Of a stretch of DNA of 55,891 bases, positions 47,252 through 55,891 are shown piece by piece (within the stretch, counting starts at the first letter, position 1; the number at the start of each line of letters is the position of its first letter). Source of the stretch: an uncultured Bacilli bacterium (lineage in GTDB: Bacteria > Bacillota_I > Bacilli_A > RF39 > UBA660); assembly GCA_947589435.1 (NCBI GenBank), contig CANQBI010000003.1, forward strand, positions 1 through 55,891. The letters run 5' to 3'. The translations under genes and the position numbers were made by a program. The notes below the pieces were generated by a model, which saw only the letters and a program-made list of their open reading frames with translations, ran no database searches and was not told where the DNA came from.

Positions 47252-49402
47252 TCAATTATTTTTTAAACTTAAAGATACTTTTCCTTTTTCTAAGTTAATA
47301 TCTAGAACATAAACTTTAATAATATCCCCCACACTTAATATTTCGCTTGGATGTTTAATATATTTATCACTCATTTTAGAGATATGAACTAAACCATCAT
47401 TTTTAATACCAATATCAATGAAGGCTCCAAAGTCAACAACATTTCTAACTGTACCTTCTAACTCCATTCCTTTTCTTAAATCTTCAATATGTAAAACATC
47501 ACTTTTTAAAATTGGTTTAGGAAGTTCATCTCTTGGGTCTCTAGTGGGACTTATTAAAGATGAAATAATATCTTCAAGAGTATATGTAGATATATCTAAC
47601 ATTTGAGAAATTTTAGCTATATCAATACCTTCAAGAGCTTTCTTAATTTCTTCCGTTCCAATTAAACTTAAATCAATATTTAAGTGTTTTAATAACTTTA
47701 AAGTAGCATCATAACTTTCCGGGTGAATACTGGTTATATCAAGAAGATTATCGCCATTATTAATTCTTAAAAACCCAATAGCTTGTTCATAAGTTTTGGC
47801 GTTTATTATTTTCTTTTTTAATAGTTCTTCTCTATTTTTAAAACTACCCATACTCTCCCGATAGGCAATTATTTTATTAATAGCACTTTTAGTTAAACCG
47901 GAAATATATTTTAAAATGGAAGGTGAAGCGGTATTTAAATTAACTCCGACACTATTAACAACTTTTTCCACCACAAAGTTTAAACTTTCTTTTAGTTTTT
48001 TATCGGCGACATCATGTTGATATAAACCAACACCAATACTTTCCGGGTCAATTTTAACTAGTTCGGATAAAGGATCTTCAAGTCTTCTTCCTATAGAAAT
48101 AGCACTTCTCTCTTCAACGTGTAAATTAGGAAACTCCTCGATAGCTAAAGGAGAAGCGGAATAAACGGAAGCTCCAGCTTCACTAACAATAATGTACTCG
48201 ACTTTTCTTTTTGACTCTTTTATAACCTCAGCGACAAAACTTTCGGATTCTCTTGATGCTGTTCCATTACCAATCGCAATAATATCAATATTATATTTAT
48301 CGATTAAATCAAGCATAATTTTCTTGGATTTTTCGACTTCATTTTTAGGTTCATGCGGATAAATAACCGCAATATCTAAAACTTTACCTGTTTTATCTAA
48401 AACCGCTAATTTACAACCCGTTCTGTATGCCGGATCAAAACCTAAAACACATTTATCTTTAATTGGCGGTTGCATAAGTAAATGTTCTAAATTATCACTA
48501 AAGTTATTAATGGCCACATCCTCGGCTTTTTCTTTTAATTCACTTCTAATATCTCTTTCAATAGATGGGGCAATTAATCTTTTATAACTATCCAATATAG
48601 CTTCTTTAATTAAAGTAGTTATTTCAACTTTATTTTTATCTTTAATAATTTTTTCTTCTAAAAAATTAATTATTTCTTCTTTAGGAGCGGAAATACTTAC
48701 ACTAAGAACACCTTCACTTTCACCTCTATTAATGGCAAGGACTCGGTACATTTTAATCCATTTAATATTTTCTTTAAAATCGTAATATATCTCATAAGTT
48801 TTATTTTCATCAACACTATCTTTTTTCTTTTTACTTACCAATTCTCCTTTTTGAAAAGTAATGTTTCGAATAAATTTCCGGTAATAAGAATTATCCGATA
48901 TGTATTCGGCAATTATATATTTAGCCCCTTCTAAAGCTTCATCCACACTTTTTACTTTACCATTAACAAATTTTTGGGCCACATTTTTAATACTGCCATT
49001 TATATTAAAACTCATAAGCATCTTAGCAAGAGGTTCTAATCCATTATTAATAGCCTCTGTTGCTTTAGTCTTTTTCTTTTCTTTAAAAGGACGATAGATA
49101 TCTTCAATTTCAACTAGTTTTTCACAAGCATCAATCTTTTTTATTAAATCATCATTAAGTAAACCTTTTTCTTCGATTAATTTTTTAACTTCTTCTTTTC
49201 TTTTATTTAGATTTACCCCATAAGTATACTCAACTTCAATTTGTCTTATTTGCACTTCATCTAAATTACCCGTAACTTCTTTCCGGTAACGCGCAATAAA
49301 AGGAATGGTATTTCCTTCTTCCAATAACTTTAAAGTACTTTTAATACTTTTTTCAGGTACATTTAAACTATTACTTAAATTATTAATTATTTTATCATTC
49401 AT
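47252..49402 (-). CDS. tex: Tex family RNA-binding transcriptional accessory protein
   Basis: NTIPFIARYRKE.TG.LDEV, GFDPAYRTGCK, IGNGTASRE, GASVYSAS; C-terminal S1 domain. Confidence 0.96.
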   Translation of the reverse strand: MNDKIINNLSNSLNVPEKSIKSTLKLLEEGNTIPFIARYRKEVTGNLDEVQIRQIEVEYTYGVNLNKRKEEVKKLIEEKGLLNDDLIKKIDACEKLVEIEDIYRPFKEKKKTKATEAINNGLEPLAKMLMSFNINGSIKNVAQKFVNGKVKSVDEALEGAKYIIAEYISDNSYYRKFIRNITFQKGELVSKKKKDSVDENKTYEIYYDFKENIKWIKMYRVLAINRGESEGVLSVSISAPKEEIINFLEEKIIKDKNKVEITTLIKEAILDSYKRLIAPSIERDIRSELKEKAEDVAINNFSDNLEHLLMQPPIKDKCVLGFDPAYRTGCKLAVLDKTGKVLDIAVIYPHEPKNEVEKSKKIMLDLIDKYNIDIIAIGNGTASRESESFVAEVIKESKRKVEYIIVSEAGASVYSASPLAIEEFPNLHVEERSAISIGRRLEDPLSELVKIDPESIGVGLYQHDVADKKLKESLNFVVEKVVNSVGVNLNTASPSILKYISGLTKSAINKIIAYRESMGSFKNREELLKKKIINAKTYEQAIGFLRINNGDNLLDITSIHPESYDATLKLLKHLNIDLSLIGTEEIKKALEGIDIAKISQMLDISTYTLEDIISSLISPTRDPRDELPKPILKSDVLHIEDLRKGMELEGTVRNVVDFGAFIDIGIKNDGLVHISKMSDKYIKHPSEILSVGDIIKVYVLDINLEKGKVSLSLKNN

Positions 49403-51599
49403 ACATTCTTACTCTTTCTATTATTTCTTCTACTTCTTTTTCGTTTTCTTCTAAAAGTTCCAAACGAAAATTCTTAATTCCCATTTTCTTTAATGATGGA
49501 ATATCTTTAATTAAATCAATTTTTTTATAATCCATAATAACTGTACTATGAGTTAAAGGATTATTTATTAATTTATATTTTTCTTTGTTCCTGTCTTTTA
49601 AATAATAATTATGCCTACCATCACATACATGACAAATCTTATCTTTATTTACTATGGTATTTAAAGGACAATATTTCATAATCATAAGTTCAATATTCCC
49701 ATAAATTACAACTTCGACATTTAAATTATTTTTGTCATTCAACATAATATTCTTAATATTATCCATATCATTTTCAACCGATAAAGTAATCGTATTTGCA
49801 TATTTACTTAAATAATCTAATGTATAATGATTTGTAACATTTAAAGGATAGTCACCATAATTATGAGGATATTTATCTAAACTAGCATAATCCGTAACTA
49901 AAAGTCTTTTATAATTATAATTATGATGCATATTATCTCTAGGTACACGATAAATTAAATCATCACTCATAAGTTTAGGATCATCCACAATAATATTTTT
50001 AATATTTAATTTTTGACAAGTTAAAAGTTGTTCTTTAGTTCTAACGTGAACACTTATGCCTTCACTCATTTTCTTAACTATTTTTTCTTTTTTAAATTCT
50101 TTTTCTTTAAAATCTATTTTCTTATTTTCTCTTAGTTCTTTTAAATTATCTAATACTTCTTTTCTTAAACGATTAATAACCCCAATAGGAATAAAAATAT
50201 TATCATCTACATCGATATTTAACTCATCAATTACAAATGGAGTATCACCCACTTTTTCTAAAGCCTCTTTAATTCTTTCTTCCGTTACCGGAGCACTTTT
50301 AGCTTTTTCTACTAAAACTTCACTAACTAGTTCTATTTCATTTTCCTTATCCCTAACTTTTATTTTTAAAGGTTCATTAACTTTAACTCTTACCTCCATT
50401 TTAATGGGAATCTTTTTAATTATTTCTTTAGGTAGATTAATTACGGGACTTGTTAACATTACTTCATCTTTATCTTTTAAATTCATAAAATTATCTAAGT
50501 AAACAACATCACCTTTCTTGCCCATATTAATTAAATTATCTTTTTTATCATATAAGAAATTAATATTTATTCCGATATTAGCATCTTTAAATCTAACCCC
50601 AGAAAATTGAGGCAAATCACGCGTTAATTTAATCGCTATTTTATGATTGTTAACACTGACGACATCTCCAATTTTAAGGCCCATATGATTAGGACTTTTA
50701 AAGTTCATTAAATCTTTATCTTGATGTAAGAAACCACCCGTATATCCTCTTGTAAAAATACTTTCTAGGTCTTCTAAATCTTCTTTATTAATTTTTAACT
50801 CTTCACCCCGCTCATACTTATCAATTAAAGTTCGATATATTTTGGTGGTATAAGCAACATATAAAGGAGACTTCATCCTTCCTTCAATTTTAAAACACAA
50901 GATATTACTATCTAATAATTTTTTAAAGTTATCTATTGAAGATAAATCTTTAGGACTTAATAAATAATCCCCATCCGTTTTTACCCTTTTATCATCTTCA
51001 TAAAGTTCATAAGGAAGCCTGCACATTCCGGCACATTCGCCTCGGTTTCCACTTCTTCCGAGTAGGCGAGATGAAAATAAACACTGTCCACTATAAGAGA
51101 TACACAAAGAGCCATGAATAAATACTTCTTTTTCTAAATCAGTCTCAATATCATTTATATAATCTAGAGGTAGTTCTCTTGCAAACACTACTCTTTTAAC
51201 ACCAAGATTTTTTAAGAAATTTAAAGACTCGGCAGAATGATTATGCATTTGGGTAGAGGCATGTATTTCTAAATTCGGAAACATTTGATGAGTTAGATTA
51301 ATAAGACCCACATCTTGCATAATTAAAGCATCTACACCAATCTTATGAAGATATCTTATATAGTCAACTACCTCATCAATTTCATTTTCATAAACCAAAG
51401 TATTAACTGTTACATATATTTTAACATTATATAAATGGCATAATTTAGTAGCTTCTTCTAACTCTTCATAAGAAAAATTAGAAGCAAATGCCCTTGCCCC
51501 AAATTTTTTGCCTCCTAAATAGACAGCATCAGCCCCATAATTTATGGCACTAATTAAACTTTCCATGGTGCCTACAGGCACTAATAACTCATGCTTCAT
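49395..51599 (-). CDS. U32 family protein (RlhA-like rRNA hydroxylase) with a DUF3656-type extension
   Basis: ELL.P.G, GADAVYLGG..FGAR, HASTQM, EVF.HG.LC.SYSGQC..S....RSGNRG.CA..CR, KIEGRMK. Probable start 51599; the track start is 51623. Confidence 0.9.
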   Translation of the reverse strand: MKHELLVPVGTMESLISAINYGADAVYLGGKKFGARAFASNFSYEELEEATKLCHLYNVKIYVTVNTLVYENEIDEVVDYIRYLHKIGVDALIMQDVGLINLTHQMFPNLEIHASTQMHNHSAESLNFLKNLGVKRVVFARELPLDYINDIETDLEKEVFIHGSLCISYSGQCLFSSRLLGRSGNRGECAGMCRLPYELYEDDKRVKTDGDYLLSPKDLSSIDNFKKLLDSNILCFKIEGRMKSPLYVAYTTKIYRTLIDKYERGEELKINKEDLEDLESIFTRGYTGGFLHQDKDLMNFKSPNHMGLKIGDVVSVNNHKIAIKLTRDLPQFSGVRFKDANIGININFLYDKKDNLINMGKKGDVVYLDNFMNLKDKDEVMLTSPVINLPKEIIKKIPIKMEVRVKVNEPLKIKVRDKENEIELVSEVLVEKAKSAPVTEERIKEALEKVGDTPFVIDELNIDVDDNIFIPIGVINRLRKEVLDNLKELRENKKIDFKEKEFKKEKIVKKMSEGISVHVRTKEQLLTCQKLNIKNIIVDDPKLMSDDLIYRVPRDNMHHNYNYKRLLVTDYASLDKYPHNYGDYPLNVTNHYTLDYLSKYANTITLSVENDMDNIKNIMLNDKNNLNVEVVIYGNIELMIMKYCPLNTIVNKDKICHVCDGRHNYYLKDRNKEKYKLINNPLTHSTVIMDYKKIDLIKDIPSLKKMGIKNFRLELLEENEKEVEEIIERVRMYE

Positions 51600-52245
51600 A
51601 ATTAAATTTACTCCAAACTTCACCCGTAGGTAATAATTTAAATTCCATTATTTCATCTTTTACGGGATGTTTAAATTTTAGGTGATAGGCAAATAAACAA
51701 ACCGGTACTTTTTCTTTTAAACCATATAAATTATCCCCATATAAAGGATGATTACGATGGGCAAATTGTAATCTTATTTGATGATGGCGACCCGTAATTA
51801 AATTTACTTTAACTAAACTTAAATCATCCTTATAATCTAATACTTCATAATCAAGAATAGCTTTTTTACCTTCTTGTTTATTACTGATAACACTTATTTC
51901 ATCTTTTCTTAAAATATAATCTTCCATGATGCCAAACTTTGGTAATTTACCATGACATACCAAAAGATATTCTTTCATCATTTCATGATTAGATATCATT
52001 TTAGACATTCTACTGGCGGCTTTACTAGTTCTCGCAAAAACCATAATACCCCCGACAGGTCTATCTAGTCTATGGACAAGACCAATATAAACATTACCGG
52101 GTTTATGATATTCTTCTTTGATATAATCTTTTACCATCGTAAGTAAATCCAAATCTTTGGTATAATCACTTTGGCATAAAACATTAGGCTCTTTCTCGAC
52201 TACAATAATATGATTATCTTCATATAAAACATTTAATTTAGTCAT
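51589..52245 (-). CDS. RluA-family pseudouridine synthase
   Basis: VHRLDRPVGG, TGR.HQIR, HPLYGD.LYG motifs. Confidence 0.95.
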   Translation of the reverse strand: MTKLNVLYEDNHIIVVEKEPNVLCQSDYTKDLDLLTMVKDYIKEEYHKPGNVYIGLVHRLDRPVGGIMVFARTSKAASRMSKMISNHEMMKEYLLVCHGKLPKFGIMEDYILRKDEISVISNKQEGKKAILDYEVLDYKDDLSLVKVNLITGRHHQIRLQFAHRNHPLYGDNLYGLKEKVPVCLFAYHLKFKHPVKDEIMEFKLLPTGEVWSKFNYEA

Positions 52246-53089
52246 TAGTAACCCTTCCTGTTATCCCACAAGATAAATAAAGAGAAGAATCTTTTATTGG
52301 TAAAACTAAATCATCTACTAAAATATTTTTAGAAGGAAAATTAATTTTTAAAATGTTTTCTAAAGATACAGCTGGTAAATTAGCTGAATATGTATTTACA
52401 ATAAAGAATAAAAAGTTAGTCTCTAAGATTTCCTTACATAACTTAATTAAATTTTCTAAATCTTTGGCAATATCCCAAACCTCTCCATTAGCGCCCCTTC
52501 CATAACTAGGAGGATCCATAATAATGGCATCATACTTATTGCCTCTTCTTATTTCTCTTTTAACAAATTTTAAGACATCATCGACTAAGTATCTTACAGG
52601 TTTATCTTCTAAATGATTTAATTTAACATTTTCTTTAGCCCAATCAATCATTCCTCTAGAAGAGTCTACATGCACAACACTAGCTCCTTCTTTTAAAGAG
52701 GCAATCGTGGCCCCTCCCGTATAAGCAAATAAATTCAAGACTTTAATTTCTTTTTTGCTATTTCTTATTTTTTCTCTAATATAATCCCAATTACAAGCTT
52801 GCTCAGGAAATAATCCGGTATGTTTAAAACCCATTTCTTTAATTAAAAACTTTAAATCTTGATAACTTACCACCCAAGATTCTTTAATTTTATTTTTATT
52901 TTCCCAGTGTCCTCCACCAGTATTACTCCGGTAATATATGGCATCAACATTTTCCTTCTCTAAATCTCCTAAATCCCAAGTAACTACAGGATCTGGTCTT
53001 AATAAAAGAGTATCATGCCAACGTTCAAGCTTCATTCCTTTACTTGTTTTAATAATTTCATAATCTTGCCATTTATCACTTACTAACAT
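52238..53089 (-). CDS. Class I SAM-dependent methyltransferase (RlmI/RlmK-like)
   Basis: KHTGLFPEQ..NW, VLNLFAYTGG, D.S..MI.W...N, I.MDPPSYG motifs. Confidence 0.88.
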   Translation of the reverse strand: MLVSDKWQDYEIIKTSKGMKLERWHDTLLLRPDPVVTWDLGDLEKENVDAIYYRSNTGGGHWENKNKIKESWVVSYQDLKFLIKEMGFKHTGLFPEQACNWDYIREKIRNSKKEIKVLNLFAYTGGATIASLKEGASVVHVDSSRGMIDWAKENVKLNHLEDKPVRYLVDDVLKFVKREIRRGNKYDAIIMDPPSYGRGANGEVWDIAKDLENLIKLCKEILETNFLFFIVNTYSANLPAVSLENILKINFPSKNILVDDLVLPIKDSSLYLSCGITGRVTND

Positions 53090-53124
53090 AATAATTCACC
53101 TAATCTAATTATAATTTAAGAAAA

Positions 53125-53146
53125 AAGAATTGACAACTCAATTCTT
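53125..53146 (-). terminator. Intrinsic terminator of the surface-protein gene
   Basis: AAGAATTGA-CAAC-TCAATTCTT with a T-run on the minus strand. Confidence 0.75.
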
Positions 53147-53198
53147 AATATTTTTATTTTCAAATTAAAGTATACTTTAGTACTTCTTACTTATTTTA

Positions 53199-55260
53199 TC
53201 AAGCACTTATTATAAATGGATTACTTTCGGTGCCACTTCCAGTTAATGTTATATCCGGTATTAGATAAAAGACTGGGCGAACCGCATACCCAGAGGCCAC
53301 ACTAACCCAGTCCAAGGTGCCGCTCGTACCCACACGCCACGCATAGTATTCGCCATAATAGTCGCCATACCTAGTCATTGTCCATTCGTAGGTACTATAA
53401 TATGTTGTACTACTACTTGTTCCATGTGTTATATGTAACCAACTATCATTATTATATGGCGACGATGTATTATATGTGTTTTTAGAATTATAAAAATCAC
53501 TCGCATACATTAATCCTATTTTATGATTTTCTGATAGACTTATTTTGTCTGTTTCAGTTTTTGATGACCATGGATATGAATAATTATATCCTATATACCA
53601 TTTTGGATTACTTATTAAATTGCTCCAACTTCCTCCCATATCATTAATTGTTTTTAAAAAACCATTTGTTCCGTTATTTAAATATATTCTTACTGTATTA
53701 CTTCCATTATCCCAATCGATATCCGAACTATAATCTACTGCCCATGCTATGGCTTTTACACTACTATTTTCTTTTACTGGCGTTGCCTTTATTACTTTTA
53801 ACATCCCTGCTTTTAATCCTAGAGTACTTTCTTCTGTTCCGTCGGTTACTCCGATTATTCTATACATATATTTATCCGGATTACTGGTACATTCTTCTTT
53901 ATTATCTGTTCCAAAACAGATATAGTTATTTATTCTTCCTGCATCCACATCTTCATATGTTCCTATATATCTTAATAATACATCATCATTTTCTGCTTTT
54001 TTTAAATAATCTTCACTTGTTGTGGATTGTAACTTATCTATTGCTGGTTTAGGTTCCTCTGGAACTATAATAAATGGTTTATCTTCACTTCCTTTACCTG
54101 ATATCTCAATATTTGATGTTAGATAGAAGACTGGGCGAAACGCAAACGAACTAGTCGGCCAAACTTTTTGCAAGTTGCCAAACGGAGCTATATACCATAC
54201 ATTTAAATAACCACCAAAATCACTGCCATTTCGAGTCATCGTCCATTCATATGAATAAACCATATCACCACATTTTTGGGAACCACTACTTAACCCATGA
54301 CATATATTTAACCAACTATTTGTATTTTGTTCATATGTCCATGAATTGTAATAATCACTCGCATACATTAATCCTATTGGATATCCTTTTGGATTGTAAA
54401 AATCATTTGTTATTATCTTTTTCTCATTTGTTATCCCAGTATTATTAAAATAGTCAAGAGTAGCATCACCCTTGTACCATTGTTGTATTGTTATTTTACT
54501 CTTCCATATTGAATCTATTGTACTATAGAAATCATTATTTAAATAGTATCTTAATATTGCTCCAGATGATGAAATTGTGTTTCCATAATCCCATGGTTCA
54601 TTGGACGTATAATTGCCTGCCCATTGCAGTGTATTTACATCACCATTGTCTTCCTTTAATGATGTTGCTTTGATTACTTTTAATTGTCCTTTTTGTAAAC
54701 CTATATTTTCATCTGCTTTGTCTGTTATTCCTATGATTCTATACATATATTTATCTGGATTACTTGTACATTCTTCTTCATTATCTGTTCCAAAACAGAT
54801 ATAGTTATTTAATTTTCCATCATTTACATCTTCATATGTTCCTACATATCTTAATAATACATCATCGTTTTCTGCTTTTTTTAAATATTCTTCATCTGTT
54901 GTTGATTGTAATGCCTCTAATGGAGGTTTAGACTCCTGTTTAACAAAGTTTCCTACTTTAGAAGTAAATATAGGTACTGGTTCCATTTCATAATTATAGA
55001 ATGCATGAGTTGCACTTATTATTCTAAATAAAGATATAACAAAAAGACCGAGAATGATATAACTTATTTCTCGTTTATATTTTTCTTTTACATTTTTTAA
55101 TTTATCTTTAAAGTTAGATGGTATGAATACTACAGATATTAGGGTGTTACAATAACCCCCCCCCGATGCTACTTATTAGAACTACTAAACTAAATATAAT
55201 TAGTTTTAATATTTTCTTTCTATCAATATGTTTATTATTTAAAATATTATCCTCTACCAT
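53199..55260 (-). CDS. Secreted surface protein with two tandem DUF6273/CLec-like domains, frameshifted at G9 (686 aa if G8)
   Basis: ATG at 55260 with RBS GAGGAG reads ...LVVLISSIGGGLL* (stop 55149-55147). Removing one G gives an open frame into the track ORF 53199-54986. Confidence 0.78.
53262..53390 (-). repeat. DGR-like variable repeat (C-terminal)
   Basis: 53271-53339 is 44/69 G+C; the variable codons end in C or T around fixed GCG TGG, GTG, ACG, GGC, TTG and GCG GTT CGC CCA. Confidence 0.65.
54120..54250 (-). repeat. DGR-like variable repeat (internal domain)
   Basis: 54129-54197 is 33/69 G+C and collinear, without gaps, with 53271-53339. Confidence 0.55.
55156..55164 (-). repeat. G9 homopolymer (slippage site)
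   Basis: Nine C on the plus strand; same context as 31420-31428. Confidence 0.9.
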
Positions 55261-55375
55261 TTTACTTCTCCTCATATGTTTTAAATACCGAATATTAATT
55301 CTATTAATAATATGGCATATAATTTTATTTTATATACCATATTATTAATGTCGCTACTTGGTATGTTACAATAAA

Positions 55376-55411
55376 ATAATATCTCAAAATAAGTTGTAAG
55401 TCAATATCTCA
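55376..55411 (-). promoter_or_regulatory. sigmaA promoter TTGACT-N17-TATTAT with two TGAGATATT direct repeats
   Basis: -35 at 55404-55399, -10 at 55381-55376; repeats at 55378-55386 and 55403-55411. Confidence 0.75.
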
Positions 55412-55445
55412 CAAATAAATTTTAAAAATAAGTAGAATAAAAAGT

Positions 55446-55618
55446 TAAATTCTCGAAAGTCAGAAATAAGAGAATTTAGTTTTGTAATATAAATTGATTG
55501 TAGGCAATAATATGATAGGCTTATTAGCAAGTGGCTTATTATTGAGCTGCTTGCAAGCCGTAGTCATCATATTATTGGGTTCCTACTGTCAATTTATATT
55601 TACAAATTTACTTTTTTT
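55446..55618 (+). ncRNA. Candidate structured RNA: short hairpin, 126-nt rod, U-tail
   Basis: Nested stems spanning 55481-55606 with G-U pairs on the plus strand; 9-bp hairpin 55446-55454 with 55470-55478. Confidence 0.5.
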
Positions 55619-55891
55619 GATAAAATATATTCATATTTAATGTTGTTTTATATAGTGAGAATTTACTTCTTAAAATTTTTTTAAATATTAATTTTCACTA
55701 CTTTTTTGTATACATTTTTATTATTTAATTCTCGCTTTTTTTACTGTTATCCTTTTATTTTCCTATTTTTTTTGTTTTTATAATGTGAATTTACTTACGG
55801 AAATTTACTTTTTGGGTTCTTAAACATTAAGGAGTGATGAAAGAAAAATCATCATTCTTTTTTGATGTAAAATTTAGTGCAAAAAAATAGA

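Noticed and set aside
55481-55606. Integron attC site
   Set aside because: No correctly oriented RYYYAAC...GTTRRRY boxes, no integrase and no cassette array.
55837-55890. 17-aa ORF after AAGGAG at the window end
   Set aside because: The RBS-to-ATG spacing is only 2 nt and there is an early stop; not supportable.
1-55891. Complete DGR cassette (RT, avd, template repeat) within the window
   Set aside because: No ORF has RT motifs, and I found no non-coding AAY-rich copy ending in the GTTCGCCC-like block. The DGR call therefore remains a prediction about sequence outside the window.

Overview
AT-rich Bacillota (class Bacilli) chromosomal window. The compact housekeeping genes and the style of the hypothetical proteins suggest an uncultured RF39-like gut lineage, but that assignment is inference. 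Housekeeping core: parE-parC, efp, rpmG, a class B PBP, nfo, secE-nusG, ftsY-ylxM-ffh, rnj, rny, recA, dnaB-dnaI, gltX-cysS, tex and an rRNA-modification trio. Spore-former marker genes are also present (ylbD/ylbE-like, yqfT-like, Ku plus a ligase, a YdaD-type SDR). I found no rRNA, tRNA, CRISPR array, transposase, integrase or reverse transcriptase. The main discovery candidate is a family of secreted or membrane-anchored proteins at three dispersed loci (246-2971, 29550-31500, 53199-55260), one of which abuts a SipW-type signal-peptidase operon. The family shows several layers of apparent variation. (1) Four of the five copies of the DUF6273/C-type-lectin-like domain end in a short GC-rich segment (47-64% GC versus 29% in the fifth copy) with the codon signature of a diversity-generating-retroelement (DGR) variable repeat and a shared 20-bp 3' block; no template repeat or RT lies in the window. 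(2) Two loci are split by an identical G9 tract that frameshifts the start of the gene. (3) Domains are shuffled between loci. (4) Two loci share a conserved promoter carrying direct repeats. Other notable items: a family of perfect palindromes clustered upstream of, and degenerately copied inside, an ORF6N gene; three candidate structured ncRNAs; and a triple tandem array of helical-repeat proteins.
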